Shown piece by piece: positions 48,090-58,318 of a stretch of 64,000 bases of DNA. The position numbers and the translations under genes were made by a program. This DNA is from a virus (lineage: Duplodnaviria; Caudoviricetes), in IMG/VR virus record IMGVR_UViG_3300032075_000001, positions 11,382 to 75,381 of that record. One strand, given 5' to 3'. How positions within the stretch are numbered: position 1 is the stretch's first letter; the number at the start of each line of letters is the position of its first letter. Below the pieces are notes generated by a model, which saw nothing but the letters and a program-made list of their open reading frames with translations, ran no database searches and was not told the origin of the DNA.

Positions 48090-51000
48090 TTGGATGTAGC
48101 AGAACTAAGGGCGGTCTACTCCGCCACGTCGGCTGACTTTGATCGCGTAACCGATCACGTTCAGAAGCGGCTGAAAGAGACTCAGGCGCAAGCCAGTGGT
48201 CTAGGCGGAGCCTCGCAAACAGTTGCGAATGAAGCGAAGAGAATTGAGTCAACTCTCACCTCACGTGCGCCTGTACGCTTCCTCGGCATTGATCTCGCAA
48301 GTGAGAAGAAAGCTGCGGCTGAAGTTGTCAGCACTGCGCAGAATACTGTTAAGCAAGTCGAGCAGGCTACGTCGAAGTTTGATCGCACTGCCTTCTGGGC
48401 GCGGCAGGGAACACAGGCTACTAATGCGGCTAAGACCGTTGAGAAAGCGTGGTCGTTGGCCGATACTGAGCAAGCCCGCGCAGCTAGCAGGCTGGCCGCA
48501 GCGGAGGAGCAGGTGCTGGCGCGTCGAGTGACAAACGCCGCCAAGGCTACCTCAACTGTCATCCGCGACGCTAAAACAGGCGCAACTCTTACTCAGGCGG
48601 AACTCGCGAAGATTATCAGCGGCGGCTCAAAAGTAGTCGAAGCTGAAGCAAAGAAAGTTGGTGCGGCTACAGGTGGGGTGTTTGCAAATCTCCAGAAGCT
48701 ATTCCTGCAAAACAACTTCCTCTTTCGTCAATTAGGTCAACGAGTAGCGGGCGATCTCGGCTTCACTGCGGTCGGAGTCGGTAAGCTCGCATTGAACTTT
48801 GAGCAACTCGCGGGTAAGTCACTAGTTGCAGCAGCAGGCATGGAAGGAGCGGCGGGGGGTGCGGCGAGTCTGTTGGGTATATTAGGGCCAGTTGGAATAG
48901 CTGTCGGTGTAGTAGTGGCCGGACTGACCGCAATGGCAGCGCTCTCAATCAGCGCAGCAGTAGGGATGTTCTACCTCGCAAAGTCCGTCACGGACACGGA
49001 GGAACATCTCGACGATCTCAGTCGTCAAACCGGACTGAGTACGGACAATTTGCAAGTTCTCGAAATCACTACACGGCAGGCTGGATCCAATATCGACAAG
49101 TTCATTGGCTCCGTGGGCCAGTTGCAGCGGAAGCTAGTGGACGCAAGCGAGGGCGGGACTTCACGACTGAGCATTGGATTAAAGAAACTTGGAGTCGATC
49201 TTGATAATCCGAACATCGCACTCGGGCAATTAATTGATCTACTGAGCAAGGTTGAGCGTGGCAACGCCCGCACAGGCGCAGCGATGCAGATCTTCGGGCG
49301 CGGCGGGAGAGAGGTCGCGGGTGTCGTTGATCAAATCGAGGAAAGCGTCGGGAATGCTGATGGCGCACTCGACAGACTCAAGAAGCAGTTTATCGACGCT
49401 GGCGTTCATATTGATAAAGATGGAATTAAGACTGCGGGCAAGTTTCACGATCAGCTCATTCTCATCGAAGCACAATTTGAATCAGTTAAGCGCGTCATCG
49501 GTGAAGAAGCACTCCCGACCGTGCTCGACGCTGCGACTAAGTTCAGCAATTGGATCGCAACCAATCGCACTGAGATCGCTGACTGGGCCAAGGCAATTGA
49601 GCATGTAGCGGAGACGCTGACTAACCTCGGCGCGATCTTACTAAAGCTGACCGGGTTATCACTGCTCATTCCGGTCACGATCCAGTTGCGTATCGCACGC
49701 TCTTTCAAATCACCAAGCGGGGATACTACTTCCGACATTGCGGAGTTGATTGGCAAAACAATTGGAGAGAAAGCACCGCTTCCTGATTCGACTCTTGCAC
49801 GACGCACTTTCACGCAGGATCGTCAAGCGCAGGACGTGGCTGAGAATGCGGCGAATAAGATTCGCAGTGCATTCGCGCCGAAAGGACGCGGTGGGCATAA
49901 AGGAGAAGATCCGGCTGAGACCGCGCGACGACTGGCGGAGATCTCACTACAGGAGACGTTGAAAGGACTACAAGCTGAGCATGACGCACTGGAACGACAG
50001 TTAGACCAGAACCTTGTCTCACGCAATCGCTACACGCAGGATGCAATCAATCTCGAACTCCGTCGTCGTCAGGAGACGATTGCAGGGTTGCGGAAGGAGT
50101 TAGACGAAGCTGAGAAGATTCGCAAGCCGGGACAGCGTGCGATTAAAGTCGCGGAGATCAATGCACGGATTAAGGAAGAGGAACGTCGCAGTGCGAAGGA
50201 AGTCCAGCAGATCACCGATGAGTCTGCCGCTGAGCAGTTGCGCATCGGACAAGCGACCGCGCAATCTCAGTTACGTATCATTGAAACGCAAACCGATCAA
50301 GTCAAGGCGCGCATACGTGAGCAAGCTGACTTCCGTATTGTTACCGAGCAACAAGCGGCTGAATTCGAGGAGAATCAGGCGCTGCGGGTGTTCAACGCGA
50401 GAGAGCAACTCATTCGACAGGAGCTGAGGGAAGCTGGTGACAATGCTGAGAAGCGCAACGAGGCGCGGAATAAGCTTGATGAGCTGAACGCTGAGCGCAA
50501 ATCGTTCATTGAATCCAGTAGTCGTGCGATTGCCGCCGCGATTCGTTCCGATGCTGAGCACGTGATCCAATTCGCCGCACAAATCCGAGACGCATTCCAA
50601 CGTGCGGCTGATGTCCGACTCGAAGCAGGGGAAGCTAATCTTGAACCTTTACGTAACTCGATCCTCACCCGCCACCAGCTCTGGGATGCGGAGTTGAAGT
50701 TTGAGATCGAGCGGGAGAAGCGACGGCATGATCAGGTGATGAGCGGGTTGGATGACGAGGCGAGACTCGCGCAGATTCGTATTAAGAACGAGCAGGAATT
50801 GGCGGCGGTATTGAGCGGAATTCGCGCGCAGTCCGAAGCTGAAGAAGAACTCCATCAAGCCCGCCTCGGTCAAATTACCACGCAAGCCGCTGAGCAACGT
50901 CGTCAGGAGATGCTGCAAGTGGCGGATGATCTCGCTTCGATTGCGTCTGACATCTTTGACGCGATTGGTAAGTCGAGCGACGAGTTCTGGAAGTCGTTAA

Positions 51001-51602
51001 AACAATCCGCGACGAACTTTGCCAAACAGATTCGCGACGAGTTGTTCAAAGGGTTCCTTGAGAAGTTAATTACCGGACAAGCGCAAGGTGCAGAGGGGCT
51101 GATTGGCGCGATCGTCAACCCGCTACTACGCGCACGTGAGCCAAACGCAGCAGTCTCAGACAATACGAAAGCAACTCAATCCAACACCGCTGCGATTCAC
51201 GCACTGACTCGTTCGATGGGCGGCACAGCACCACTCGACATCGAGAGCGGGTTGAGTTCGGCGCTCCACGAAGTCGGGCACGGAATTGGACAGGTATCGG
51301 ATGTGCTCGGTGGACTGTTCGGTGGCGGGCGCGCGACAGGTGGGCCAGTCAACGCGGGACGAATCTACCAAGTCCACGACAACGAATTCTTCCGGCCCAA
51401 TGTCAGTGGGCGGATCTACAACTTAGACCAGATGAGCGCGGTGGTAGGCAAGTCAAATGGAGAAGTGCGGACGATTGTCGCGCTTGGAGATGATGCGGTG
51501 AGCGATGCAATGGAATCGCATCGACTGACGCCACAAGGAAGACGCGCGCAGATCGTGCGCGGCAGGTGGAATCGTAAGACTGGAGGATTGCAGTTTGCAT
51601 GA
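48090..51602 (+). CDS. Tape measure protein (1170 aa)
   Basis: Long Ala-rich helical protein; LDDLSRQTGLSTDNLQ and C-terminal RATGGPVNAGRIYQV..NEFFRPNVSGRI motifs. Confidence 0.9.
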   Translation: MDVAELRAVYSATSADFDRVTDHVQKRLKETQAQASGLGGASQTVANEAKRIESTLTSRAPVRFLGIDLASEKKAAAEVVSTAQNTVKQVEQATSKFDRTAFWARQGTQATNAAKTVEKAWSLADTEQARAASRLAAAEEQVLARRVTNAAKATSTVIRDAKTGATLTQAELAKIISGGSKVVEAEAKKVGAATGGVFANLQKLFLQNNFLFRQLGQRVAGDLGFTAVGVGKLALNFEQLAGKSLVAAAGMEGAAGGAASLLGILGPVGIAVGVVVAGLTAMAALSISAAVGMFYLAKSVTDTEEHLDDLSRQTGLSTDNLQVLEITTRQAGSNIDKFIGSVGQLQRKLVDASEGGTSRLSIGLKKLGVDLDNPNIALGQLIDLLSKVERGNARTGAAMQIFGRGGREVAGVVDQIEESVGNADGALDRLKKQFIDAGVHIDKDGIKTAGKFHDQLILIEAQFESVKRVIGEEALPTVLDAATKFSNWIATNRTEIADWAKAIEHVAETLTNLGAILLKLTGLSLLIPVTIQLRIARSFKSPSGDTTSDIAELIGKTIGEKAPLPDSTLARRTFTQDRQAQDVAENAANKIRSAFAPKGRGGHKGEDPAETARRLAEISLQETLKGLQAEHDALERQLDQNLVSRNRYTQDAINLELRRRQETIAGLRKELDEAEKIRKPGQRAIKVAEINARIKEEERRSAKEVQQITDESAAEQLRIGQATAQSQLRIIETQTDQVKARIREQADFRIVTEQQAAEFEENQALRVFNAREQLIRQELREAGDNAEKRNEARNKLDELNAERKSFIESSSRAIAAAIRSDAEHVIQFAAQIRDAFQRAADVRLEAGEANLEPLRNSILTRHQLWDAELKFEIEREKRRHDQVMSGLDDEARLAQIRIKNEQELAAVLSGIRAQSEAEEELHQARLGQITTQAAEQRRQEMLQVADDLASIASDIFDAIGKSSDEFWKSLKQSATNFAKQIRDELFKGFLEKLITGQAQGAEGLIGAIVNPLLRAREPNAAVSDNTKATQSNTAAIHALTRSMGGTAPLDIESGLSSALHEVGHGIGQVSDVLGGLFGGGRATGGPVNAGRIYQVHDNEFFRPNVSGRIYNLDQMSAVVGKSNGEVRTIVALGDDAVSDAMESHRLTPQGRRAQIVRGRWNRKTGGLQFA

Positions 51603-51979
51603 GTATCAGTGATAGCGCAGGAGCGGATTTCCTGAATCTCGACTTCAATGGCACGAGTTACACCCCGCCCGCGATCTGGTACGTGGGTTTTAGGGGTGCA
51701 GGTAGCGAACTCAGCGGCAACGGCTACGCACGCATTCCACTCACGGCTAACTCCACCAACTTCCCGGTCACTGCGACGAAGGTGATTAGCAATGGAGTGG
51801 AGTTTGAGACGCCGAGTGCGTCGGGTGGTGACTGGGATCAGGCCGATGAAGTGGGGTTGTGGGATGCGTCAACTGGAGGTAGTCCGAGGTACTACGACTT
51901 GTTAGATGCGCCGTTCACGTTGTTGGAGGGGAGAAAGAGGACGTTTCCAATCAGTTCTCTAACGATCCGACTAATATGA
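51599..51979 (+). CDS. Small tail structural protein
   Basis: ELSGNGYARIP...NGVEFETPSASGGDW....VGLWDASTGG motif common in tail modules. Confidence 0.65.
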   Translation: MSISDSAGADFLNLDFNGTSYTPPAIWYVGFRGAGSELSGNGYARIPLTANSTNFPVTATKVISNGVEFETPSASGGDWDQADEVGLWDASTGGSPRYYDLLDAPFTLLEGRKRTFPISSLTIRLI

Positions 51980-52824
51980 GTTACCCATCCGTTGAAGTTA
52001 GCGAATACTCCGCTGCACAAACATTCCTATACGAGTTCCGTGGCCCAAGTGGAACTTTCCGCTGGACTTCCGCGCCTATCGCTATTGACGCCACGATCGC
52101 CACCATCTCGACTCGCTTCCTCCATCCACGCGGCGGCATCTCGCACAACGATCCAACGATGTCCCCACAGGCGGATCGGGGGAACTTGGAAATCACTGTC
52201 AGTCATCGCAACCCAATTATCCGCGCGCACCGAGAATTCCCTCCCGCTGGCGACACGGAAGTGACCGTGTGGAGACAGAATGAGATCGGCGGAGACGTGT
52301 TCGAGATCTGGTCCGGGGTGGTGATTGAGACGCCGATCGTCGGTTCGACTGGAATCATCCGCTCGCAACACTGGGCAGCGGTAGTGGCGGGGAGTGAAGG
52401 GCTCAGTGAGAAGTGGGCTCCGACTTGTCCGTTTATGACTTACCAGTTTCCTTGTCCGGCACAGGTGGCGAATCACTCAACTGCGGTAGTGGTGAGCGCG
52501 ATCGATACGGAGAATTTCACTGTGCAAGTGACAGGGATTACGCAGATCGACCACTGGTTCAATGCGGGAGTGTTCTCGGTCGCGAATGGGGATAAGCGCT
52601 TCATCTTAGACCATACGGGCGATGTGCTTACATTGCTACAGAACTTTCCCGTGTCGTCGTTAAAGGTGGGGGACAGTGCGACATTGATCGATGGGGATGA
52701 TCATCTCTATCAGACGTGCAGGGACAAGTTCGGCGGGGAGACTGGTAATGGGGCAGCGTTTGGTGGGAACCACCTGCAAGCGAATAAGAACGTTCATGCG
52801 ATTGGGAGGATTGAGGTGTCATAG
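51976..52824 (+). CDS. BR0599/DUF2163-like tail hub protein
   Basis: YEF.GPSGTFRWTS start, TCPFMTY..PC, GDDHLYQTCRDKF..NGAAFGG C-terminal motif. Confidence 0.75.
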   Translation: MSYPSVEVSEYSAAQTFLYEFRGPSGTFRWTSAPIAIDATIATISTRFLHPRGGISHNDPTMSPQADRGNLEITVSHRNPIIRAHREFPPAGDTEVTVWRQNEIGGDVFEIWSGVVIETPIVGSTGIIRSQHWAAVVAGSEGLSEKWAPTCPFMTYQFPCPAQVANHSTAVVVSAIDTENFTVQVTGITQIDHWFNAGVFSVANGDKRFILDHTGDVLTLLQNFPVSSLKVGDSATLIDGDDHLYQTCRDKFGGETGNGAAFGGNHLQANKNVHAIGRIEVS

Positions 52825-53260
52825 CAGACGATGACGAATGCGTCCTATCGAGGAACGGAGTAGCAGCCACGCCTCAAACCAACGGGGTGGATGTAGCCAG
52901 TGCTTATACATCATGTTCCGCTCCCACTGCCACATGACAAAGGGAAAGAATCTTACGTCGGCTACTTTACCTGTCCACATGACGCAAGTATACAACACAT
53001 TGTCAAGAGGTGATCGCTACTTCTATATGCGGGATGAACTCAAAGCGACTAGCCCATGCAACCGCTTCAAGATCTACAGGCTTCCCGTCGCGTACGTCCT
53101 GCATGATTGATTCTGCGATGGAGTATGAATAAAGAGCATAGACGATTTCGGTGTAGTTGATTGGTCCAGTTAAAGTTTTAGTTATTTCACCTGTCGAGTT
53201 GAACATATCGTGATTGTAATCTTCATCCAGCAAGGATTCAATAGATGAGTGGCGGCGCAT
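52819..53260 (-). other. Antisense two-ORF insert in the tail module
   Basis: ORFs 52819-52980 (Trp-rich, 53 aa) and about 53003-53260; visibly more AT-rich than the flanking tail genes. Confidence 0.45.
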
Positions 53261-55803
53261 TAGGACGGGCAGCAGGTAGCGCGTTGAATCGCGGGCCGAC
53301 GAATTCCTCTGTTCTCTCCTCGACCCTCCTCCTCGCAGGTTCACAAGCACTGGGCATTCTCCTCGAACCCACTGGAGTTAAACGCGCCACTTTCAATGAC
53401 TTCAGTGTGTCACCGGGAGAAGCCTCCGACACTGTCTCCTACATCGCAGGCACGGTCGAAACAGTCCCGCATCTCATCTCCTACTTCGACTTTCACAGCA
53501 AGAAGGTGAAGAATGATGTTTCAGTCGCGCAAATGCTCATTAGCGCGGGATTGGACGGATTAGCAGGGTATGTCGCAGGTGGTGGCACGTTCGGACTTGC
53601 ACCTGATCCACCGACTGCGTTCATTGGGCTGGCTGAAGGAGCGGTGCTGGGAGCGATTGTCGCGGGACTGGGCCAACTTCGTACTGCGTCCTATCGCTAC
53701 TACTGCGGGTTCCTCTATGGGATTTGTCATGGAGTGATTGACTCGATCGAAGCGGTGAAAGTAGATGAGCGCATCGTCAGCTTCGGCGCTCCGGCTGGGA
53801 ATCAATTCCTCATCGACGATCCCCAAGCATGGGGCGGGGATCACGTCGATGGTGGGGTGTACGCACTCGCTAAAGCAATCCCCGGCCACTTCTGGCCGAC
53901 ACAGGGGATTGATCCGTACATCGCTGCGCAATTAGGGGCGAATACGTCGTCGTGGAGTGGGAAGGCGTTGTTTCTCGTCTATGGATTCTCCGGCTATCCT
54001 GAGTCGGGATACTTCGCTGCGACTCCACAAGGAGCACCCGCGGTCAGGCCGATCAAGTTGCGAGTCAGACGTCTCCCGAACAACCTCGGCGTGAGTGCTT
54101 ACCATGACATCAACGGAGACGCGAATATCGCCGAGTGCTGCTACGAGTGGTTAACTTCGCCCACCTTCGGCGTCAAGAAGCTGCCATTGAGTAAGATCGA
54201 CCTCGCTTCGTTCCAACTCGGCGCGCAGACCCACTTCGATCGCGGACTCGGAATCTCAATTGAGATGAACGCGGATACGGATGTCGAAACAGCGCTCGAC
54301 AAATTCACCGCGCTGGGAGACTCCATCATCTACTACTCATTCAACTCGGGAATGATTCGTTACAAGGTGATCGAGAGAGATTACTCGTTTGGCTCCTTAC
54401 CTGTGTTCAGACGTGGACCGGATGGATCATCACCGGAACTCTACAACGTCATCAAAGTCGATGGCTTCACGCCGGGAACATGGGCCAGCACGGCGAATGA
54501 TTTCAGTTTCGATTACGTTGACAGAGATAACAACTATCTCAAAGCGACAAGGTATGTCCAAGACACCGCGAACAAGATGCTCACCGGGCGCACGCGCTCG
54601 CTCTCCCAATCGCTGGATGGAGTGAGCAATGGAGTGAGTGCGGCGCTGGTTGGAACGCGAGAACTCCGTGCAGGTTCATATCCACGTCCTCCGTTCAGTC
54701 TCACGGTGAATCGCGATGGTTATACATTGGAGCCGGGTAGTGTCATCAAGTACATCGATAACGTGGACAACTTCGTCAAGGTACTACGTGTAGCTGAGGT
54801 CCAAGCACTTGCGACAGACGAGACGACGCAGATCCAACTCAACTGCACCGAGGACCAATATGGCGTTGGCGCAGCAGCGTTTGAGCCCTATGTCGCACCC
54901 GGATTCTCACTCACGCTGCATATGCACTTCGAGTTGGAAGACAGTCTCAGCGGACTGAGTGATGCACTGAACAAGCTCGTTGCAGTGACGCAAACGTCGT
55001 CGTTCTCCGATAGTCTCAATTTGAGCGACGCAATCAGCGTACAACTCAGATCTGCGACAGCGCTTAGCTTAAGCGACTCGGTCAACAATCTCGCGGACAG
55101 CGCCACTGCATCACTCGACTTCTCGCCCACTGACATCGCTTCTCTCAACTACTGGCTGAATGCGAGCAATCTCGTGCTAAGCGACGGGGATCCAGTAGTT
55201 GACTGGCTCTACACCGGGACGAAGAACTACGGTCAGAATACGGGTGCGAATCAGCCTACTTACAAGGAGAACATTGTCAACGGGAACAAGCCTGTAGTGA
55301 GATTCGCAACTGACGATAAACTCATCGCAGATCCTACCGCTCTCTCCTTCGGCGTTGCCAACACGGTGATCGTTGTTTGCACGCCCAGTAGCACTACAAA
55401 CTCGTACATTTGGGGCGGGAGCGGGGGCGGCGGGACTCCGGCATTTATTTCCGGTTTTAGCAGCCTATCGTTTGAATATTACAACGGTGGCAGTGAGCGC
55501 GCGACCTTTGCGGCATCAACTTCGGGATTTCATATTCTTTCGTTAAGACGTACCGACGACGGAACCGCTGCGGGCTTTTTTGACGGTGCTTCTGCGTTTT
55601 CAATAGCGACTGATACCGCAGTTGATTGGAACTCGAAAAACATGAACGAGATTGGCGCGAACGGCGGAGGTGCCGGGGATGATTTCTTCAACGGTGACAT
55701 TCGGCACATCTTACATTTCAACGCAGAACTGACCGACGCGGAATTAAACGACTTGCATACTTATCTCGGGAACGACTGCGGGATTTCGATCACTTTAATC
55801 TAA
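53245..55803 (+). CDS. Tail tip/central fibre protein with a C-terminal LamG-like lectin domain
   Basis: YYCGFLYGICHGVID, GDANIAECCYEWLT, LEPGSVIK and EDQY motifs; short DSL repeat block; WLNASN..SDGDPVVDW...NGKPVVRF...FFNGDIRHILHFN lectin fold. Confidence 0.8.
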   Translation: MSGGALGRAAGSALNRGPTNSSVLSSTLLLAGSQALGILLEPTGVKRATFNDFSVSPGEASDTVSYIAGTVETVPHLISYFDFHSKKVKNDVSVAQMLISAGLDGLAGYVAGGGTFGLAPDPPTAFIGLAEGAVLGAIVAGLGQLRTASYRYYCGFLYGICHGVIDSIEAVKVDERIVSFGAPAGNQFLIDDPQAWGGDHVDGGVYALAKAIPGHFWPTQGIDPYIAAQLGANTSSWSGKALFLVYGFSGYPESGYFAATPQGAPAVRPIKLRVRRLPNNLGVSAYHDINGDANIAECCYEWLTSPTFGVKKLPLSKIDLASFQLGAQTHFDRGLGISIEMNADTDVETALDKFTALGDSIIYYSFNSGMIRYKVIERDYSFGSLPVFRRGPDGSSPELYNVIKVDGFTPGTWASTANDFSFDYVDRDNNYLKATRYVQDTANKMLTGRTRSLSQSLDGVSNGVSAALVGTRELRAGSYPRPPFSLTVNRDGYTLEPGSVIKYIDNVDNFVKVLRVAEVQALATDETTQIQLNCTEDQYGVGAAAFEPYVAPGFSLTLHMHFELEDSLSGLSDALNKLVAVTQTSSFSDSLNLSDAISVQLRSATALSLSDSVNNLADSATASLDFSPTDIASLNYWLNASNLVLSDGDPVVDWLYTGTKNYGQNTGANQPTYKENIVNGNKPVVRFATDDKLIADPTALSFGVANTVIVVCTPSSTTNSYIWGGSGGGGTPAFISGFSSLSFEYYNGGSERATFAASTSGFHILSLRRTDDGTAAGFFDGASAFSIATDTAVDWNSKNMNEIGANGGGAGDDFFNGDIRHILHFNAELTDAELNDLHTYLGNDCGISITLI

Positions 55804-57779
55804 TGCCACTTTCATACGAGGATACAATTCTTAGCCGCGCCGGACTGAAACTCTTCCATCGCATGGACGAGGCGAGCGGGACGGTGCTGCATGATACTTC
55901 GTCGTTTGCGACGCACGGGACGATCTACGCACCAGTGTTCGGCGTCCTCTCTCCAGTTGAGACGGACCCAGCTTCACTTGCAATGAGCGGCTCAGTTGGG
56001 AAGACGTTGATTGCAGATGCGCCGCAAGCTGATGTGCGCGACAACTTCTCGATCGAAGTGTTCGGCTATCTCCTGCCACCTACGCAAGTCTCGCATCTCG
56101 TCACGCGCAACGGACAAGTCGGACTGAGTGGGGGGAATTGGATTGCAATCAATCCGGGCGGTGGTGGAGTGAGATTCACCCTCTCTGTCAGCGGTACGGA
56201 TTACGAACTAACTCAAGAGCAGGCCGTCGCGAATCGCTGGTATCACATCGTCGGCACACGGATCGGGAATGTGATGCGGCTGTATGTGAATGGGGTACTA
56301 GTGGCGACAAGGACGGATGTTGCACTCGGAGATATTGGTGTAGGAGGATCACCCGCATGGTTCTTCGGCAGTGCGGGAAATCAGGATTTGTTCATTAGCG
56401 CTGGAATTGATGAAGCTTCGATCTGCTCACCAGCGTTGAACGCAACTGAGGTGAAGGAGAATTATGAAGCTGCGATCAATCGATTGCTGAGCAGCGCAAC
56501 AATCACCGTGCGCGTTCAACTCATCCTCGACACCGATGCGCCTGAACCAGTTGACTTCGCCTTCGCCCATAACTGGACTGAGCCGATTAGTGGAAGTGGG
56601 CGGGTGATTACCGAGCATCTCAGCTACCGCACGCACGGGAATCGCAGTGAGCCTGACTACGAGCAACGAGTGAACGCGCGTCCACACGGGCCGAGACGAG
56701 CGTTGGAATATGCGATCACTCCTACTTCCGCTCTCGCCCGAGCCGCATTCCAACGCGCGCTCTTCCAACCTGCGCAAGTGTTCAAGCTGCCAATCTGGAC
56801 TGATTGGACCCCACTCACTACAACGGCGAATGTTAGCGACACAACTCTTGACTGTGACACGACCCTGAGAGACTTCGAGATCGGCTCCTACTGCGCAATT
56901 GCGAGCGATCCTTACGATCCATCGACGTTCCAATTCTTTCGCATCACCTCGCGCACTGATTCACAATTAGGAATTTCGTCGTCTGTAACAGCGACAGTTA
57001 CAAATGGGTTCGTCGCACCCGCGAGACTCGCGCACTTACCAAACGATGAGTCGCAATTAGAGTCGTATGTGATCGATCGTGAGACTGGGACGCTGACGTT
57101 TGAGATACTCGATACTGAGTTGAGTTCAAGGCGAATTACTACCTACGCTCCTGTCTCTACCTATCAGCCCAACGTGCTGAAACCTGCAATTGAAGTGTTC
57201 TCCCTTGACTCAGCTCGATTCGACATCCTTGAACAATCGCAATACGCCATTCGTCAGCGTCAATTGGGAACTGGAAACCTCACTGGAAATGATTACTTCA
57301 GGGGATTGGATACTGCAACTTCATCGACGATCCCCGTGCGAGTGCTGATGGTTTCACGCGAGGCGCTGAGTGAATTTTATGGCTGGTTGGACGCACGGCA
57401 GGGACGGCAAAATCCGATATGGATTCCAAGTCGAGAGAACGATCTCACATTCATCGCGCAAATCAGTGGTACAATACAGCGTATCGTTGCGGGCTATTCC
57501 TTTTACAGTCTCCACCACGCGCGTCGCGATATTCAGATTACCTACTCAGATGGAACTGTGGCAAATCGCCGCATCGTAGCGGCGGTAGATAACAATGACG
57601 GAACTGAAAATATCACATTAAATGCCTCAGTCAGCCCGAACATCCAGAAAATCTCATGGTTACGATTTTGCGTTGCACCTGACTCCTTTGAATTAAGATT
57701 CCACCGCGATTTAGGTACACTCGGCGGCATGATCGTTGAATGTGCATGGGAGTTCAGCGAGCTGCTAACGACGCCTTAA
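55803..57779 (+). CDS. LamG-like domain fused to a distal-tail-like structural protein
   Basis: HRMDEASG, WYHIVGTR...RLYVNG, GIDEASIC (LamG); then YEQRVNAR..PRRALEY and FYGWLDARQGRQNPIWIP. Confidence 0.7.
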   Translation: MPLSYEDTILSRAGLKLFHRMDEASGTVLHDTSSFATHGTIYAPVFGVLSPVETDPASLAMSGSVGKTLIADAPQADVRDNFSIEVFGYLLPPTQVSHLVTRNGQVGLSGGNWIAINPGGGGVRFTLSVSGTDYELTQEQAVANRWYHIVGTRIGNVMRLYVNGVLVATRTDVALGDIGVGGSPAWFFGSAGNQDLFISAGIDEASICSPALNATEVKENYEAAINRLLSSATITVRVQLILDTDAPEPVDFAFAHNWTEPISGSGRVITEHLSYRTHGNRSEPDYEQRVNARPHGPRRALEYAITPTSALARAAFQRALFQPAQVFKLPIWTDWTPLTTTANVSDTTLDCDTTLRDFEIGSYCAIASDPYDPSTFQFFRITSRTDSQLGISSSVTATVTNGFVAPARLAHLPNDESQLESYVIDRETGTLTFEILDTELSSRRITTYAPVSTYQPNVLKPAIEVFSLDSARFDILEQSQYAIRQRQLGTGNLTGNDYFRGLDTATSSTIPVRVLMVSREALSEFYGWLDARQGRQNPIWIPSRENDLTFIAQISGTIQRIVAGYSFYSLHHARRDIQITYSDGTVANRRIVAAVDNNDGTENITLNASVSPNIQKISWLRFCVAPDSFELRFHRDLGTLGGMIVECAWEFSELLTTP

Positions 57780-57785
57780 CACCAC

Positions 57786-58115
57786 ATGAAAGAACGACAA
57801 AAACAGACTTGCAGTTGGACGGGTTGCAGTAACCCTCTTAACGTTTCGTCTCAGCGTTATTGTCGTATGCACCATGCGGAGTACATGCGTGGTTGGCGCA
57901 AGCTACATCCGATGACGGAGGAACAGAAACGCAAGGATATTGCTCGCAGTATCGCAGGGGTTTACCAGAAAAGAGGGTTATTAATTCCCCGGCCTTGTGA
58001 ACTTTGCGGTAGCGAGAAAAAAGTGGAAAAACACCACGAAGATTATTCAAAACCGTTAGATGTTCGGTGGCTGTGCCGTAAGTGTCATCTAAGCACTCAC
58101 GAGATTGCGGCGTAA
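57786..58115 (+). CDS. HNH-like endonuclease
   Basis: PCELCG..VEKHHEDYSKPLDVRWLCRKCH. Confidence 0.75.
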   Translation: MKERQKQTCSWTGCSNPLNVSSQRYCRMHHAEYMRGWRKLHPMTEEQKRKDIARSIAGVYQKRGLLIPRPCELCGSEKKVEKHHEDYSKPLDVRWLCRKCHLSTHEIAA

Positions 58116-58142
58116 AATGTTCCACGTGTCACATCCAGCAAC

Positions 58143-58193
58143 ATGATCGTCGAATGCGCATGGGAATTTACTGAACCCCTGACCACTCCTTGA
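58143..58193 (+). repeat. Recoded duplicate of the last 17 codons of the 55803-57779 gene
   Basis: 57729-57779 encodes MIVECAWEFSELLTTP*; 58143-58193 encodes MIVECAWEFTEPLTTP*; 38 of 51 nt identical. Confidence 0.9.
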
Positions 58194-58251
58194 CAATTTC
58201 GTGATAAACTGCGCTCAAGTGACGCTTGATCACTATGTTCCTCCTGTATTC

Positions 58252-58293
58252 GGGGCCGGGTCACTGAAGACTGGCTCGGCCCCACTTTTATTT
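58252..58293 (+). terminator. Rho-independent terminator
   Basis: GGGGCCGGGTCA/TGGCTCGGCCCC 12-bp stem followed by ACTTTTATTT. Confidence 0.7.
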
Positions 58294-58318
58294 CCCTTCA
58301 TGTGAAAGGTTTCTTTCT

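Noticed and set aside
52981-53006. Promoter for the antisense tail insert (TTGACA...TATACT on the minus strand)
   Set aside because: The spacer is only 8 nt, incompatible with a sigma70 promoter.
57729-58193. Diversity-generating retroelement TR/VR pair at the tail gene end
   Set aside because: The differences are mostly synonymous and not adenine-specific, and there is no reverse transcriptase gene in the window.
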